A DNA stretch of 56,778 bases from contig URWD01000003.1 of NCBI GenBank assembly GCA_900551525.1, positions 1 to 56,778 of the forward strand, read 5' to 3'. This DNA is from an uncultured Mycoplasmatota bacterium. Lineage in GTDB: Bacteria > Bacillota_I > Bacilli_A > RF39 > UBA660. Positions 25,558-36,219 of this stretch are shown here, piece by piece (position 1 is the first letter of the stretch; the number at the start of each line of letters is the position of its first letter). A program made the translations under genes and the position numbers. A model generated the notes under the pieces. It saw only the letters and a program-made list of their open reading frames with translations, had not been told where the DNA came from and made no database searches.

Positions 25558-26783
25558 TTAATATTGAAATAATTGAACCCAATAATATGTACCATAAAAA
25601 TTAATTACACCAACACCTATTCTAGTAAATGATGCACTAATCATGTTTTCGTAATGCCCTTGAGAACCTTTCCACGCGTATGAAACTTCTTTGGCATTAC
25701 GTTGTCTACTTGCTATATTCTCACCAACGCCATAAATATCTTGTCCAAAATCACGCATTATATAATAGCACATGTTTCCATCAGGTCTTTCGTGAGAAAA
25801 TTTATCTGAGTAAGCCATTTCAATAGCTCTTACCATGGCTGCTTTTGTTAAAGTTTCATCAAGTGTTAATGGAGCTTGACCAACTTCAGTTCTAAATTCA
25901 TTAGTATATTTTACGACGTCGTTTACAATATCTTTGTAAACATTCATATTTTCTATTGCTTCTGGTAGCATATCACTTGTTTTGGCATTAAAATTAGTAC
26001 CATCAACTTCATAATGTGTATATTCATTAACTGTCTTTTTAGATCCATCGCTATACAACTTGTATGTTTTAACGTGCCATGAATTTAATATTGTACCATA
26101 TTTTAATTCTTTTGTTTCTTTTACTGATTCAGTTTCTTCTTTGACAAACTTCACTTTATTATTATTATTATTATTATTTGTTTGAGTTTCATTTGTAGTT
26201 TTTTTATTTTTGACAATTAATTTTGTTGTCTCTTCTACTACATTGTCACTCTTATCTTTAGCAATGATAGTTACATCATAAGTTCCCACTTTTGTGTATT
26301 TTTTATTTTCTTTATATGATAAAATGCAATCTTCTTCGCTATTATCAGTGCAAGATTCTACAAAAGAATTTATTTCGAATTTATCACCTAGTGTAATTGT
26401 TAATTCTTTTAATTTTAATGTTGGTGCTAATTTATCTACTACGTTTAAAGTTGTTTCGTAATTTTTATCATTTATTTTCATTACTACTTTGAAACTTCCT
26501 ATTTTATTATATTTGGTATCAAATTTAATTTTCTTATCACTTTCAAAATAATTTATTTCTCCATCAGAAAATTACTATTTTCAAAAAAATTTTTAATATT
26601 TAAAACTTCACTATTAATTTCTACTTCAACATTTTCTTTAATGTTTATTTTTTCTTCTTTAGTTTGAATATTGCTAGATTCTTTTTCTTTAATATCCTTT
26701 TTTTCTAAAAATATAAATAATGTTATACCAAGTAATACTATAACAATTATAGTAGTTATAGTTAATATTTTTTTCTTTTTCAT
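25558..26783 (-). pseudogene. CAP/SCP (YkwD-like) domain surface protein, split by a frameshift into 26553-26783 (signal anchor) and 25558-26481
   Basis: The downstream frame stays open upstream of its ATG (..FSDGEINYFESDKKIKFDTKYNKIGSFKVVMKIND..) and overlaps the end of the upstream ORF. One missing T in the T4 run at 26567-26570 would fuse them. The fused N-terminus is homologous to the 15464-16819 protein. The C-terminus has CAP motifs (..FSHERPDG.., GENIA, W..S.GHYENM). Confidence 0.65.
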
Positions 26784-26847
26784 TTTTGTTTACCTCCATA
26801 TTTTATAAAACTAATTGAGCAAATATTTACTAACAAGTTGTATATTG

Positions 26848-27210
26848 TTATACAACCGTAGGTTTTAGAAATCCAAAAGCATCTATATTTCTTAATATAC
26901 CATAAAGTATTACAATTACAAGTAAAACATATGATGTATATTTTGGTAATTTTATTTTAAATTTTAAATTAATTAATTTATAAATAATAAAACATATTAA
27001 TAAAATAAATACTAAAGGGTTATATCTAAAAGCTTGATAAAAATCAAACTTTAATGTTGCAAAAAACATTCTTGTTATTCCACATCCAGGACAATAAAAG
27101 TTTGTTAACTCATGAAAAATACACGGAATGGTAAATCCCGTATATTTAGAAATGTAATAATAACCAATAAATAAAATTAATATTAAAATTGATACTACTA
27201 CTTTTTTCAT
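26848..27210 (-). CDS. DUF2752 family membrane protein
   Basis: CIFHELTNFYCPGCGITRMF..YNP signature. Confidence 0.8.
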   Translation of the reverse strand: MKKVVVSILILILFIGYYYISKYTGFTIPCIFHELTNFYCPGCGITRMFFATLKFDFYQAFRYNPLVFILLICFIIYKLINLKFKIKLPKYTSYVLLVIVILYGILRNIDAFGFLKPTVV

Positions 27211-27659
27211 TAGTCTGCAAATTTATTTAAATCATTTTGAATTAAGCAATAATTTACTAAACTTAAACCAAATATTGATAATAATAAATATAAAATACTA
27301 TTGTCATCAATTGACTTACCATACTTTCTTCCAGCTTCATACATCTTTTTACCCATTATATAATTCCAATAAAAGAAATATATTCCACATGTAACTAAAC
27401 AGTAAAGAAATGCTGTTCCCCCACTTGCTGTTTTGTTATCAACTAAAGTGTTTGAGTCATCTGTCATAGTAATAAACCAATAAATACCATAAATACCACA
27501 AGTTAAGAATGATAAAACTATTGCCATTACCATATCTCTTTTAATAAAATTTGGATGACTTGGATATTCTTCATTAAAACCAACTTGGGCTCCACATCCA
27601 TCACAATATTTAGCGCCTTCATTTATTTTGTTTCCACACTTTTCACAATATTTTGCCAT
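27210..27659 (-). CDS. Zinc-ribbon plus DUF4234 membrane protein
   Basis: YCEKCGNKINEGAKYCDGCG, then ..LSFLTCGIYGIYWF.. (DUF4234 signature). RBS AAGGAAG. One-nt overlap with the next gene. Confidence 0.8.
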   Translation of the reverse strand: MAKYCEKCGNKINEGAKYCDGCGAQVGFNEEYPSHPNFIKRDMVMAIVLSFLTCGIYGIYWFITMTDDSNTLVDNKTASGGTAFLYCLVTCGIYFFYWNYIMGKKMYEAGRKYGKSIDDNSILYLLLSIFGLSLVNYCLIQNDLNKFAD

Positions 27660-27708
27660 ATAATCACTTCCTTACACTTATTATATCAAACTGTAATAAT
27701 ACATGCAA

Positions 27709-30291
27709 TTAAATTCTAATGGCAATACCACGTTTTTTCAAAATATATTTACGAAACCAATCAACTGGAAATACTGTTAAAGCAAGTAAGAGCACTAAAA
27801 TAAGCTCATTTATTTTAAGTCCATAAGTTCTAAAAATATCTCCCCCATTATAGATAATCCAAACTTGGGCTATAAATATGAAACCAAATATGCCAATAAA
27901 AACTTTATTTTTAGATAAATTAGCGAAGGTGTTTATTCGAACTGTTCGAGCATTAAAGGCATTAAATATTCCCATGAAGATAAACATTGCAAAATATGCT
28001 GTCATTAAATATTTTGAGTTTTCTCCAGTTCTAATTAATGTTTTAAATATTGGAAGTTTTAAAAATAAAATACATAAAAGTGCACAATAAATACCTGTCC
28101 ATATTATTTCACTATACATATATTTATTCATAATTGGGGTATCCTTTTTCTTTGGGGGTTCTTCCATGTATTCTATGAGTGGTGCTTCAAAAGAAAATGC
28201 AACACCTGCAAAAGTATCCATAATCATATTAAGCCATAACATTTGCACAATTGTAATCGGAGTTGATACACCAATAAAAGAACCAACTATTGATAAAACG
28301 AGTGCACACATATTAACCGTTAACTGATAAATTATAAATTTTCTAATACTTTTAAAGATAGTTCTTCCATATAAAATTGCTTTACTAATTGATAAAATAT
28401 TATTATCTAGTATAACAATATCTGCGGCTTCTTTAGCAACTTCTGTTCCACTTCCCATGGCAAAGCCAACATTTGCTTTCTTTAAAGCTGGAGCATCATT
28501 TACACCATCACCAGTCATACCCACTACTAAATCCATACTTTCTATAATACTAACCATACGACTTTTATCTTGAGGAAGAGCTCTAGCTATAACAGCAATA
28601 CTATATAACTTGCTTTTTATTTCATCATCGCTTAATTTTTCTAAATCACTACTTGATAAGACAAGATTACTTTTTATATCAATAAGACCAACCTCACGCG
28701 CAATAGATTCTGCTGTATCTACTGCATCCCCTGTAATCATAATAGGTTTTATACCTGCACTTTTAATAAGCCTAATTCCTTCTTTGGCTTCATCACGTAA
28801 TTCATCTTTAATATTAACAAAGCCAAGTAAACATAAATTATCCATGTTTTTGCCATAAGCAAATATTAGAACTCTTCCTGAAGATTTAGTATAGCTTTCA
28901 ATTTTCTTTTCAATCATTTTTTTATTTAATAAACTTGCTTCTTTACCAAAACTATTTAGATATGTTTTACATTTAGAAAGTAGTACTTCTTTAGCACCTT
29001 TTACAAGTATGGTTCCATCACTTAATGTTACACTACTATATTTAATGGCACTATCAAATGGGGTTTTATTAATTATTTTTTTATTTATTTCCTTACTTTT
29101 ACCAATAAATTTAAGTAATGCTCTATCAGTTGAATTACCACCAATAATATTATCATCACTTATAATACTAGCATTATTATAAAAAAATGAAGAATATAAT
29201 ATTTCATAATTAGCACTTTTTTTTAAATCTAAATTTGATTTATAAACCTTTAAATCTGGTGTTACAAATTCTGTTACTTTTAATACGCCTTTTGTTAAAG
29301 TACCTGTTTTATCAGTAAGAAGGACATTTAAACTTCCAGATGTTTCAATACCCACTAGTTTTCTAACTAAAACATTATCTTTGAGCATTTTTTTCATATT
29401 ACTTGATAGAACTAAAGTAATCATCATGGGAAGACCTTCTGGAACTGCAACAACAATAATAGTTACTGATAAAGTTAATGCATAAAGCAAATGATTAAAC
29501 ATAACTGGAAAATTAGTGATTGTGGCCATAATTAAATCTAAATCAAAATGATTTTCAAGAACTATACTAGAAAAAAGATAAGAAATTGATGCTAGAAAAG
29601 CACCAATATAACCTATTCTACTTATTGTTTTTGCTAAACCTCTAAGTTTTATTTTGAGAGGACTTTCTGGCACAACTTCTTGAAGTTCTTGAGAAATTTT
29701 ACCTAAAATTGTATTATCGCCAATAAATCTTACTAGCATTTCTGCTTCGCCATTATAAACTACAGAACCACGAAATACTCTGTTATTATCGGATATGACC
29801 GGACCATTTTTACTTAGTTTCTTTGCTTCTTTAGTTTCTCCATTTAATGCTGATTCATCAACGCTTAAATTGCCTTTTACTAAATAACCATCTGCAGGAA
29901 TCTTATCACCACTACTTAACATGACAATATCTCCAACAACGATTTCACCGGATGGTATTTCTATGATTTTTCCACTTCTTCTAACCTTTGCAGTAGTTTT
30001 CAACTGCTCTTCTTGAAGCCTAGAAAATGCTTTTTCAGAGCCATATTCACTTATACTTGAGATAAATGATGCTAAAAATATTGCTATTAAAATACCTATT
30101 GTTTCATACCAATCAAAGTCACGGAATAATACTACAACTTTAATTGCTAAAGCTATAAGTAATATTTTAATAATCGGATCTCCGAGTGACTCTAATAAAA
30201 GATGCATAAAAGTATTTTGTTTTTGCTTTGTTATTTCATTTGTACCATATCTTTTTCTAGATTCAATTACTTCTTTTTCATTTAATCCCAT
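27709..30291 (-). CDS. Calcium-type P-type ATPase (P2 subfamily)
   Basis: DKTGTLT phosphorylation site, TGDAVDTA, GDGVNDAPALK, PEGLP in TM4. RBS GGGAGG before the ATG at 30291 (MGLNEKEVIESRKRYGTNE). Confidence 0.9.
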   Translation of the reverse strand: MGLNEKEVIESRKRYGTNEITKQKQNTFMHLLLESLGDPIIKILLIALAIKVVVLFRDFDWYETIGILIAIFLASFISSISEYGSEKAFSRLQEEQLKTTAKVRRSGKIIEIPSGEIVVGDIVMLSSGDKIPADGYLVKGNLSVDESALNGETKEAKKLSKNGPVISDNNRVFRGSVVYNGEAEMLVRFIGDNTILGKISQELQEVVPESPLKIKLRGLAKTISRIGYIGAFLASISYLFSSIVLENHFDLDLIMATITNFPVMFNHLLYALTLSVTIIVVAVPEGLPMMITLVLSSNMKKMLKDNVLVRKLVGIETSGSLNVLLTDKTGTLTKGVLKVTEFVTPDLKVYKSNLDLKKSANYEILYSSFFYNNASIISDDNIIGGNSTDRALLKFIGKSKEINKKIINKTPFDSAIKYSSVTLSDGTILVKGAKEVLLSKCKTYLNSFGKEASLLNKKMIEKKIESYTKSSGRVLIFAYGKNMDNLCLLGFVNIKDELRDEAKEGIRLIKSAGIKPIMITGDAVDTAESIAREVGLIDIKSNLVLSSSDLEKLSDDEIKSKLYSIAVIARALPQDKSRMVSIIESMDLVVGMTGDGVNDAPALKKANVGFAMGSGTEVAKEAADIVILDNNILSISKAILYGRTIFKSIRKFIIYQLTVNMCALVLSIVGSFIGVSTPITIVQMLWLNMIMDTFAGVAFSFEAPLIEYMEEPPKKKDTPIMNKYMYSEIIWTGIYCALLCILFLKLPIFKTLIRTGENSKYLMTAYFAMFIFMGIFNAFNARTVRINTFANLSKNKVFIGIFGFIFIAQVWIIYNGGDIFRTYGLKINELILVLLLALTVFPVDWFRKYILKKRGIAIRI

Positions 30292-30341
30292 GTGCCGTTC
30301 CTCCCAGAATAATAATATGTACAAGCTATCCTAAGTAGAAC

Positions 30342-30380
30342 AAAAAAAGTTTACTTGTCATTATTAATGTTCAAGTAAAC
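30342..30380 (-). terminator. Intrinsic terminator downstream of the holin-like gene
   Basis: Minus strand GTTTACTTGAACATTA / TAATGaCAAGTAAAC long imperfect hairpin followed by U7. Confidence 0.7.
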
Positions 30381-30556
30381 ATCATTACCTATAAAAAGTA
30401 GGCATTGACCTATGAAAATCAAATGTTTCTTTTTTTATTATATGAATTTTTCTTTCATATATACTTATATTACCATAAAATCATAACAATTTCAAGCCAC
30501 AAATTGATATTAAAAACATTAGTCATACAATTGTCATTTGCTTATAGAAAAAATAT

Positions 30557-30826
30557 TTATCCTTTAGTTTCATTATCTTGTGTTTTTTTCACTTCTATGA
30601 GATCTGCTATTCCGCCAGCACTCATCGTAGACATAAGTCCTACTAAAATTGAATTAAGTAAGTTATCATCAAGTTTTAAAAAGAAACAAATTATCCCACT
30701 AACTATACCTATGACAACATTTTGAATAGGAATAAACTTATTTGGTAGTTTCTGAGTAAACATTTTTGTTATGGCTCCGAAAATGTATGCTACAAGCATT
30801 ATGACTACTGATAATGATATAGTCAA
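30557..30826 (-). CDS. Small 3-TM protein resembling A118/Hol118-type phage holins
   Basis: TTG start with RBS AAGGGGGTGAT. The pattern ..KxFTQKLPNKFIPIQNVVIGIVSG...LVGLMSTMSAGGIADLIE parallels the Hol118 family (..KWLP..ILIG..G...AGGTGLFE). No endolysin gene is nearby. Confidence 0.5.
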   Translation of the reverse strand: MTISLSVVIMLVAYIFGAITKMFTQKLPNKFIPIQNVVIGIVSGIICFFLKLDDNLLNSILVGLMSTMSAGGIADLIEVKKTQDNETKG

Positions 30827-30931
30827 GATATCACCCCCTTTAGGTTATTTCTTACTATATTTTATGAGCTAGTCCAAATTTAACAAATTACTTGTGTCCC
30901 ACACAACAAAAAAATAAGACCTTTTAAAGTC

Positions 30932-32734
30932 TTATCTTGCTCTTCTATATCTTTCTTTTGGATCTAGATATTTTTTTCTAAGTCTTATTTCTGTTGGTGT
31001 TACTTCAATATATTCATCATCTTCGATAAATTCTAGAGCTTCTTCCAAAGTAAATTTCTTAGCTTTATTAAGCACAATTGCATCATCAGCATGAGCACTT
31101 CTGGTATTTGTAAGTTCCTTATTCTTACAAGGGTTAACATCTAAGTCCCCTTCTTTATTGGAAATACCAATAATCATACCAATATATACCTCAGTTGATG
31201 GATCTACGATCATTGTTCCACGACTACTTAAATTGTAAAGTGAGTAACCAAATGTTGTACCATTAACCATGGAAACAAGAACACCATTTTTACGTCCTGA
31301 AATAGGTCCTGCATAAGGTCCATAAGAATCAAATGATCGAACCATGATACCTTCACCTTTTGTTTCAGTAATAAATGAACCACGATAACCGATTAATCCT
31401 CTGGTTGGTACTAAATATTCAGCTTTTGTATATCCTACTTCACCAGGAGTAACACTTTGCATGATACCTTTTCTTTCATTTAATGAATTAATTACTGTTC
31501 CTGAATATTCATTTGGTACATTAACAATAACTTTTTCATATGGTTCTTCTTTTTTACCATCTACTTCTTTAAAAATAACTTCTGGTTTTGATACAGATAA
31601 TTCATATCCTTCTCTTCGCATATTTTCAAGTAAAATTGATAAGTGTAATTCACCACGACCACTAACTTTAAAACCATCGGCACCTTCTAATTGTTCAACT
31701 TTTAATCCTACATTAGTTTCTAGTTCTTTTTCAAGTCTATCTTTTAAATGTCTACTTGTTAAAAATTTACCGCTTTGTCCTGCAAAAGGAGAATTATTAA
31801 CTAAGAAATTCATTGAAAGTGTTGGCTCTTCAATAACAATTTTAGGAAGTGGGTCAATAACATCTTTTTCACAAATAGTATCACCAATTGATACATCTGA
31901 ACATCCTGCAACTGTAACTATATCACCAAAGTAAGCAACAGGTGCTTCTACTCTTTTAATTCCTTCATTAACAAATAATTTTGTAACACGGAAAGATTCA
32001 ACTTTTCCTTCATTTGTTGCAAGTGATACAGTTTCACCTGATTTTATTTTACCTTTATTAATTCTACCTATACCAAGTCTACCAATATAATCATCATAAG
32101 CAAGTTGACAAACTTGTAATTGAAGTGGATCATTTTCATTTCCTTCAAAAACTTTAGTATTATTTACAATAGTTTCAAATAATGGAGTTAAATCTTTGCC
32201 TTCATCTCCCATGTTATAAATTGCATAACCACTTCTAGCACTACCATAAAGAATTGGAAAATCAAGTTGTTCATCTGTTGCACCAAGTTCCATGAATAAA
32301 TTAAATGTCATATCAACAACTTCTTCAGCTCTTTGGTCCTTTTTATCAATCTTATTAATAAATAAAATTGGTTTTAAATTATTTTGCAATGCTTCTTTTA
32401 AAACAAATCTTGTTTGAGGCATTGGGCCTTCAGCAGAATCCACAAGTAAAATAACTGTATCAACAGTTTTAATAACTCTTTCAATTTCACTCGAAAAATC
32501 AGCATGACCTGGAGTATCCACAATATTAATCTTGTAATCCTTATATTTAATAGCGCAGTTTTTAGCAGTAATTGTAATACCTCTTTCTTTTTCAATATCT
32601 CCGCTATCCATAACACAATCTACTAATTCTTCATTTGCTCTAAAAACACCACTTTGTCTAAGTAATCCATCTACTAAAGTTGATTTACCAGCGTCTACGT
32701 GTGCTACTACAGCAATATTTATTATTTTATCCAT
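30932..32734 (-). CDS. typA: Translational GTPase TypA/BipA
   Basis: NIAVVAHVDAGKSTL, DTPGHADF, NKID, and full-length pattern. Confidence 0.95.
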   Translation of the reverse strand: MDKIINIAVVAHVDAGKSTLVDGLLRQSGVFRANEELVDCVMDSGDIEKERGITITAKNCAIKYKDYKINIVDTPGHADFSSEIERVIKTVDTVILLVDSAEGPMPQTRFVLKEALQNNLKPILFINKIDKKDQRAEEVVDMTFNLFMELGATDEQLDFPILYGSARSGYAIYNMGDEGKDLTPLFETIVNNTKVFEGNENDPLQLQVCQLAYDDYIGRLGIGRINKGKIKSGETVSLATNEGKVESFRVTKLFVNEGIKRVEAPVAYFGDIVTVAGCSDVSIGDTICEKDVIDPLPKIVIEEPTLSMNFLVNNSPFAGQSGKFLTSRHLKDRLEKELETNVGLKVEQLEGADGFKVSGRGELHLSILLENMRREGYELSVSKPEVIFKEVDGKKEEPYEKVIVNVPNEYSGTVINSLNERKGIMQSVTPGEVGYTKAEYLVPTRGLIGYRGSFITETKGEGIMVRSFDSYGPYAGPISGRKNGVLVSMVNGTTFGYSLYNLSSRGTMIVDPSTEVYIGMIIGISNKEGDLDVNPCKNKELTNTRSAHADDAIVLNKAKKFTLEEALEFIEDDEYIEVTPTEIRLRKKYLDPKERYRRAR

Positions 32735-32857
32735 AAAACTTCACCCTTTTTCTGTAAATACCAATAGATAATAATACAAAATGAAGCAAATGTCAAGAAA
32801 AACATTAATATTTTAGCCGCGAAAATTAACAAATTTTTTGTTTTTTCTCAAAATAAT

Positions 32858-32886
32858 TTGACATACACATAGAATTATTATATAAT
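32858..32886 (+). promoter_or_regulatory. Consensus sigma-A promoter of rpsD
   Basis: TTGACA (32858-32863), 17 nt, TATAAT (32881-32886). Confidence 0.8.
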
Positions 32887-32892
32887 ACACTT

Positions 32893-33045
32893 GCAAGTTA
32901 TTTAGGCAGAGTTGTACCTATAAATAATGTGTTTGAACCTTAATGGAATAAAGTATTCTATACTGCCTTGGAGAAATTATTCAAACTCCCTATTTAATGG
33001 ATATGACAGAATAAATATTTTGCAAATAAAATGAAAGGAGATTTT
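32893..33045 (+). promoter_or_regulatory. rpsD 5' leader (~150 nt), candidate S4 autoregulatory element
   Basis: Long untranslated leader between a consensus promoter and RBS AAAGGAG. S4 autoregulation through the rpsD leader is established in Bacillus. The structure here was not verified. Confidence 0.45.
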
Positions 33046-33648
33046 ATGGCAAGATATACGGGACCAGCTTATAAAAAATCTAGAAGACTTGGTTTTTCTA
33101 CTTTAGAAAATGGTAAAGATTTAGCTAAAAGAGCATATGCACCTGGACAACACGGTCAAGATCGTCGTCGTAAGTTAAGTGAATATGGTATCCAAATGCA
33201 AGAAAAACAAAAAGTTAGAATTCTTTATGGACTTAATGAAAAACAATTCCACAAAGTATTTGACAAAGCTTCAAAGATGCATGGTATTGCTGGGGAAAAC
33301 TTACTTATCCTTCTTGAATCTAGACTTGATAACATGGTTTATCGTCTAGGTATGGCTAGAACTAGAAGAAGTGCTCGTCAAATTGTTAATCATGGACATA
33401 TTTTAGTAAATGGTAAAAAGGTAGATATTCCTTCATACACTACTAAAGTTGGGGACATCATTTCAGTTAAAGAAAACTCAATGAACCATCCAGCAATCCT
33501 TGATGCAATTGAACAAAAGAGAACTGTTCCAGCTTTTCTAGAAATGGATGAAAAGAAATTAACTGGTAAATATGTTAGACTTCCTGAAAGAAGTGAACTT
33601 AATCCAGAAATTAATGAACAACTTATCGTTGAATTCTACAACAGATAG
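33046..33648 (+). CDS. rpsD: 30S ribosomal protein S4
   Basis: [18 protein letters not shown]... full-length S4. Confidence 0.97.
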   Translation: MARYTGPAYKKSRRLGFSTLENGKDLAKRAYAPGQHGQDRRRKLSEYGIQMQEKQKVRILYGLNEKQFHKVFDKASKMHGIAGENLLILLESRLDNMVYRLGMARTRRSARQIVNHGHILVNGKKVDIPSYTTKVGDIISVKENSMNHPAILDAIEQKRTVPAFLEMDEKKLTGKYVRLPERSELNPEINEQLIVEFYNR

Positions 33649-33655
33649 TATGTTA

Positions 33656-33692
33656 AAAACCAAAAGGTCATTGTTCCTTTTGGTTTTCTTTT
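33656..33692 (+). terminator. Intrinsic terminator of rpsD (overlaps the 3' end of the convergent gene)
   Basis: AAAACCAAAAGG / CCTTTTGGTTTT 12-bp stem followed by CTTTT. Confidence 0.8.
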
Positions 33693-34954
33693 GGTAAAAA
33701 TACATTTATTGCCATGTTATCAATATCTATTAGTTTAATTATAGATTCTAAATCTTCTACTCTTTCTTCTTCAAGTATTTCTTTTAAATTAGTTATAATA
33801 CTACCATTATTTAAAATATCATCTTGTAATCTATAGCTTACATTTTCAATATCTTCATAATCAAGAATGAGTGTTGCAATCGCAGCATTCTTTTTTCTTT
33901 TGAAATCAATTTCATTAACACTTAAATCATTTAATTTATTCTTTACTCTTTTAATTAATTCTTCTTTAAAGTTTGTTGTTGAAGTAATTGTTATTACAAA
34001 AGTATCATCATAAATATCATTTGCAACAGACAAGCTTTGAACAATTCCCTTTTCTATTAGTTCTTCTCTAAAGTTTGATGTTGCCCCAAAATTTATATTA
34101 AATAAAAGATTTGTTAATATTTTAAGTTCTAATTTAGAATAGTCTTTAAATCTATTCATATCCATTTTAATTGTAAATTTCACTTGAGGATATGTTAAAT
34201 TAATTTCTTCTTCCATATATTTCTTAGTTACTTTTCTTGGTTCATTTTCTTTAATTACTACTGGATTTAAATATTCTTTAAATTCTTTTTTAGATAAGTT
34301 TTCTTCTACTACACTTGCCATTTCATATGGATTAAAATTACCCGTAATAGTTAAAAACATGTTTTTAGGATGATAGAATGCATCATAGGCAAGTTTTACA
34401 TCATCTAGTGTTATGCTTTCAACTTCTTCTGGTGTACCTGTGATAGTATTTCGATATTTTGATTTTTGTAAAGTATTTTTTAATGTATGAAAGAACACTA
34501 TGCTATATGGGTCATCTATTCCCATGTTGGCTTCTTCAACAATTATCCCTTTTTCTTTAGCTATATTTTTCTTTGTAAAATATGGTGTGTATACAAAATC
34601 AAGTAATTCTTCTAGATTTTCTTTTTTATTTTTAGTTGCAAATACTAAGTATGATGTATAATCAAATGTTGTAAAAGCATTTGAATCTCCGCCGATTTTA
34701 TAAAATTTATCGTGAGCTGTTGTATCTTCATCAATGTTGAATTTAACATGTTCAAGAAAATGAGCCAGTCCATTTGGTACTTCATATGTTTTCTTTCCTA
34801 TTTTAAATTTAGTATGAACTGAACCATATTTTACTGATAATGCCCCATACATACTACTTATTTTTTCATTAACCCACATATATATTTTAAGACCAGTTTT
34901 AGTTTCATAAACATATATTGTTTCATTTAATCCTTTTAGTTTTAACTCTTCCAT
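33668..34954 (-). CDS. M16 family zinc peptidase (active-type subunit, HxxEH)
   Basis: GLAHFLEHVKF inverted zinc motif, 428 aa. Confidence 0.85.
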   Translation of the reverse strand: MEELKLKGLNETIYVYETKTGLKIYMWVNEKISSMYGALSVKYGSVHTKFKIGKKTYEVPNGLAHFLEHVKFNIDEDTTAHDKFYKIGGDSNAFTTFDYTSYLVFATKNKKENLEELLDFVYTPYFTKKNIAKEKGIIVEEANMGIDDPYSIVFFHTLKNTLQKSKYRNTITGTPEEVESITLDDVKLAYDAFYHPKNMFLTITGNFNPYEMASVVEENLSKKEFKEYLNPVVIKENEPRKVTKKYMEEEINLTYPQVKFTIKMDMNRFKDYSKLELKILTNLLFNINFGATSNFREELIEKGIVQSLSVANDIYDDTFVITITSTTNFKEELIKRVKNKLNDLSVNEIDFKRKKNAAIATLILDYEDIENVSYRLQDDILNNGSIITNLKEILEEERVEDLESIIKLIDIDNMAINVFLPKENQKEQ

Positions 34955-36219
34955 TATTTATTTCTCCCTTCTAGGGTAAATACTGTATTTAATTTTACTT
35001 TCTTAGCAACATTTATAACATCTTCTTTTTTTATATTTTTAAACATTTCTACCCTTTCTTCAGGCATTGGTAAGTTATCAAAAACATGGAATACATAATT
35101 ATTTATTATAGATACATTATTGTCCTGTGCCATATCTAAAGATACTATCATATTATTAATTGCATCTTTAAGTTCTTCTTCAGTAAAATTACCAACTTGC
35201 ATATTTTTTAATTCTTTTTTTACTAGTGATGTAGCTTTTTTAACATTTGCTTGTTCCAGAGAAATATGCACTAGTAATAACTTATCATATTTTAAATACA
35301 TACTACTTATAGCATAACACAAACTATTTTTTTCTCTAATACTTTGATATAATTTTGATGTAAGACCTCCGCTTCCATACAAATAATTAAAGACATTAAA
35401 AGTAATATTTTTTTCTATTTCTGTTAATTTTTTTAAATTAAATATCATTACTAAATTAGCTTGAACATTATCAGATGCCATACTTTTAACAACTAATCTT
35501 TTAATTTCTTTATTATCTACCATTAAATCTAGTTTATTTTCAATAATATATCTATTTTTAAAATATTTCTTTATTAATGAAACAGTATCATCCATTTCTA
35601 AATTACCTATTAAAAATATATCTACTTTAAAATTCTTTCTTAGATTTTTATAAGTTTTATATAAACTTGATGGAGTTATTTTTTCTAAACTCTCTAAATT
35701 ACCTAAAAGCTCATATGATGTCGGAGTATCAGCATTCATAGCTTTAAAAGCTTCTTTAATACTTTGTTTCATTGGATTTTCTTTTAAACTATTAATTTCT
35801 CTTTTAAGTCTTTCTTTTACTATATTAAATGTTTTTAAATCAAATTCATCATTAGTTACATTGGGATTTTCTATAATATCAAATAATGTTTTAATTACTT
35901 CTTCAACATAATTTTTATCATTTATATAATCTGGATTAATGAAATCTAGTGATACATGAAAATCAAGAACATTACCCACTCTCAAAGTAGTTGCATAAAC
36001 TATTATTTTGTAAAGTTCTTCAAATCTTGTAATTAAATCTTTCTTACGTGGATATGTTTTACTCGACTGACTTAACATATCTGCTAAAAAAGAATAAGCT
36101 CCCATTTCGTCTTTATTTGCAATATCTCTAAATATTACTTCAACATGGCTAGTTTTAAATTTATCTGTTTTAATTGTATGGACATTAAAAGAATTACAGT
36201 TATAAGTTTTATATTTCAT
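34954..36219 (-). CDS. M16 family peptidase-like protein lacking the HxxEH motif (non-catalytic partner type)
   Basis: 421 aa with M16-like length and pattern. The zinc motif position reads SFLADMLS. One-nt overlap with the downstream M16 gene. Confidence 0.7.
   Translation of the reverse strand: MKYKTYNCNSFNVHTIKTDKFKTSHVEVIFRDIANKDEMGAYSFLADMLSQSSKTYPRKKDLITRFEELYKIIVYATTLRVGNVLDFHVSLDFINPDYINDKNYVEEVIKTLFDIIENPNVTNDEFDLKTFNIVKERLKREINSLKENPMKQSIKEAFKAMNADTPTSYELLGNLESLEKITPSSLYKTYKNLRKNFKVDIFLIGNLEMDDTVSLIKKYFKNRYIIENKLDLMVDNKEIKRLVVKSMASDNVQANLVMIFNLKKLTEIEKNITFNVFNYLYGSGGLTSKLYQSIREKNSLCYAISSMYLKYDKLLLVHISLEQANVKKATSLVKKELKNMQVGNFTEEELKDAINNMIVSLDMAQDNNVSIINNYVFHVFDNLPMPEERVEMFKNIKKEDVINVAKKVKLNTVFTLEGRNK

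Noticed and set aside
20124-25600. A complete integrative element or prophage bounded by tRNA-related sequences
   Set aside because: There is no integrase, recombinase, capsid, replication or conjugation gene. The region contains core genes (the SEDS gene and csaA). Only scars and small accessory modules can be supported.
26155-26185. (ATT)n trinucleotide run as a possible phase-variation tract
   Set aside because: Length changes would stay in frame (a poly-Asn linker). Similar Asn runs occur in other genes here, so it is composition-driven.
30405-30725. 106-aa plus-strand ORF
   Set aside because: It spans an intergenic region and the antisense strand of the holin-like gene. It has no RBS and an implausible composition.
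31461-31934. 157-aa plus-strand ORF, plus the short 32398-32616 minus-strand ORF
   Set aside because: Both lie inside the clearly homologous typA gene in other frames or strands, so they are shadow ORFs.
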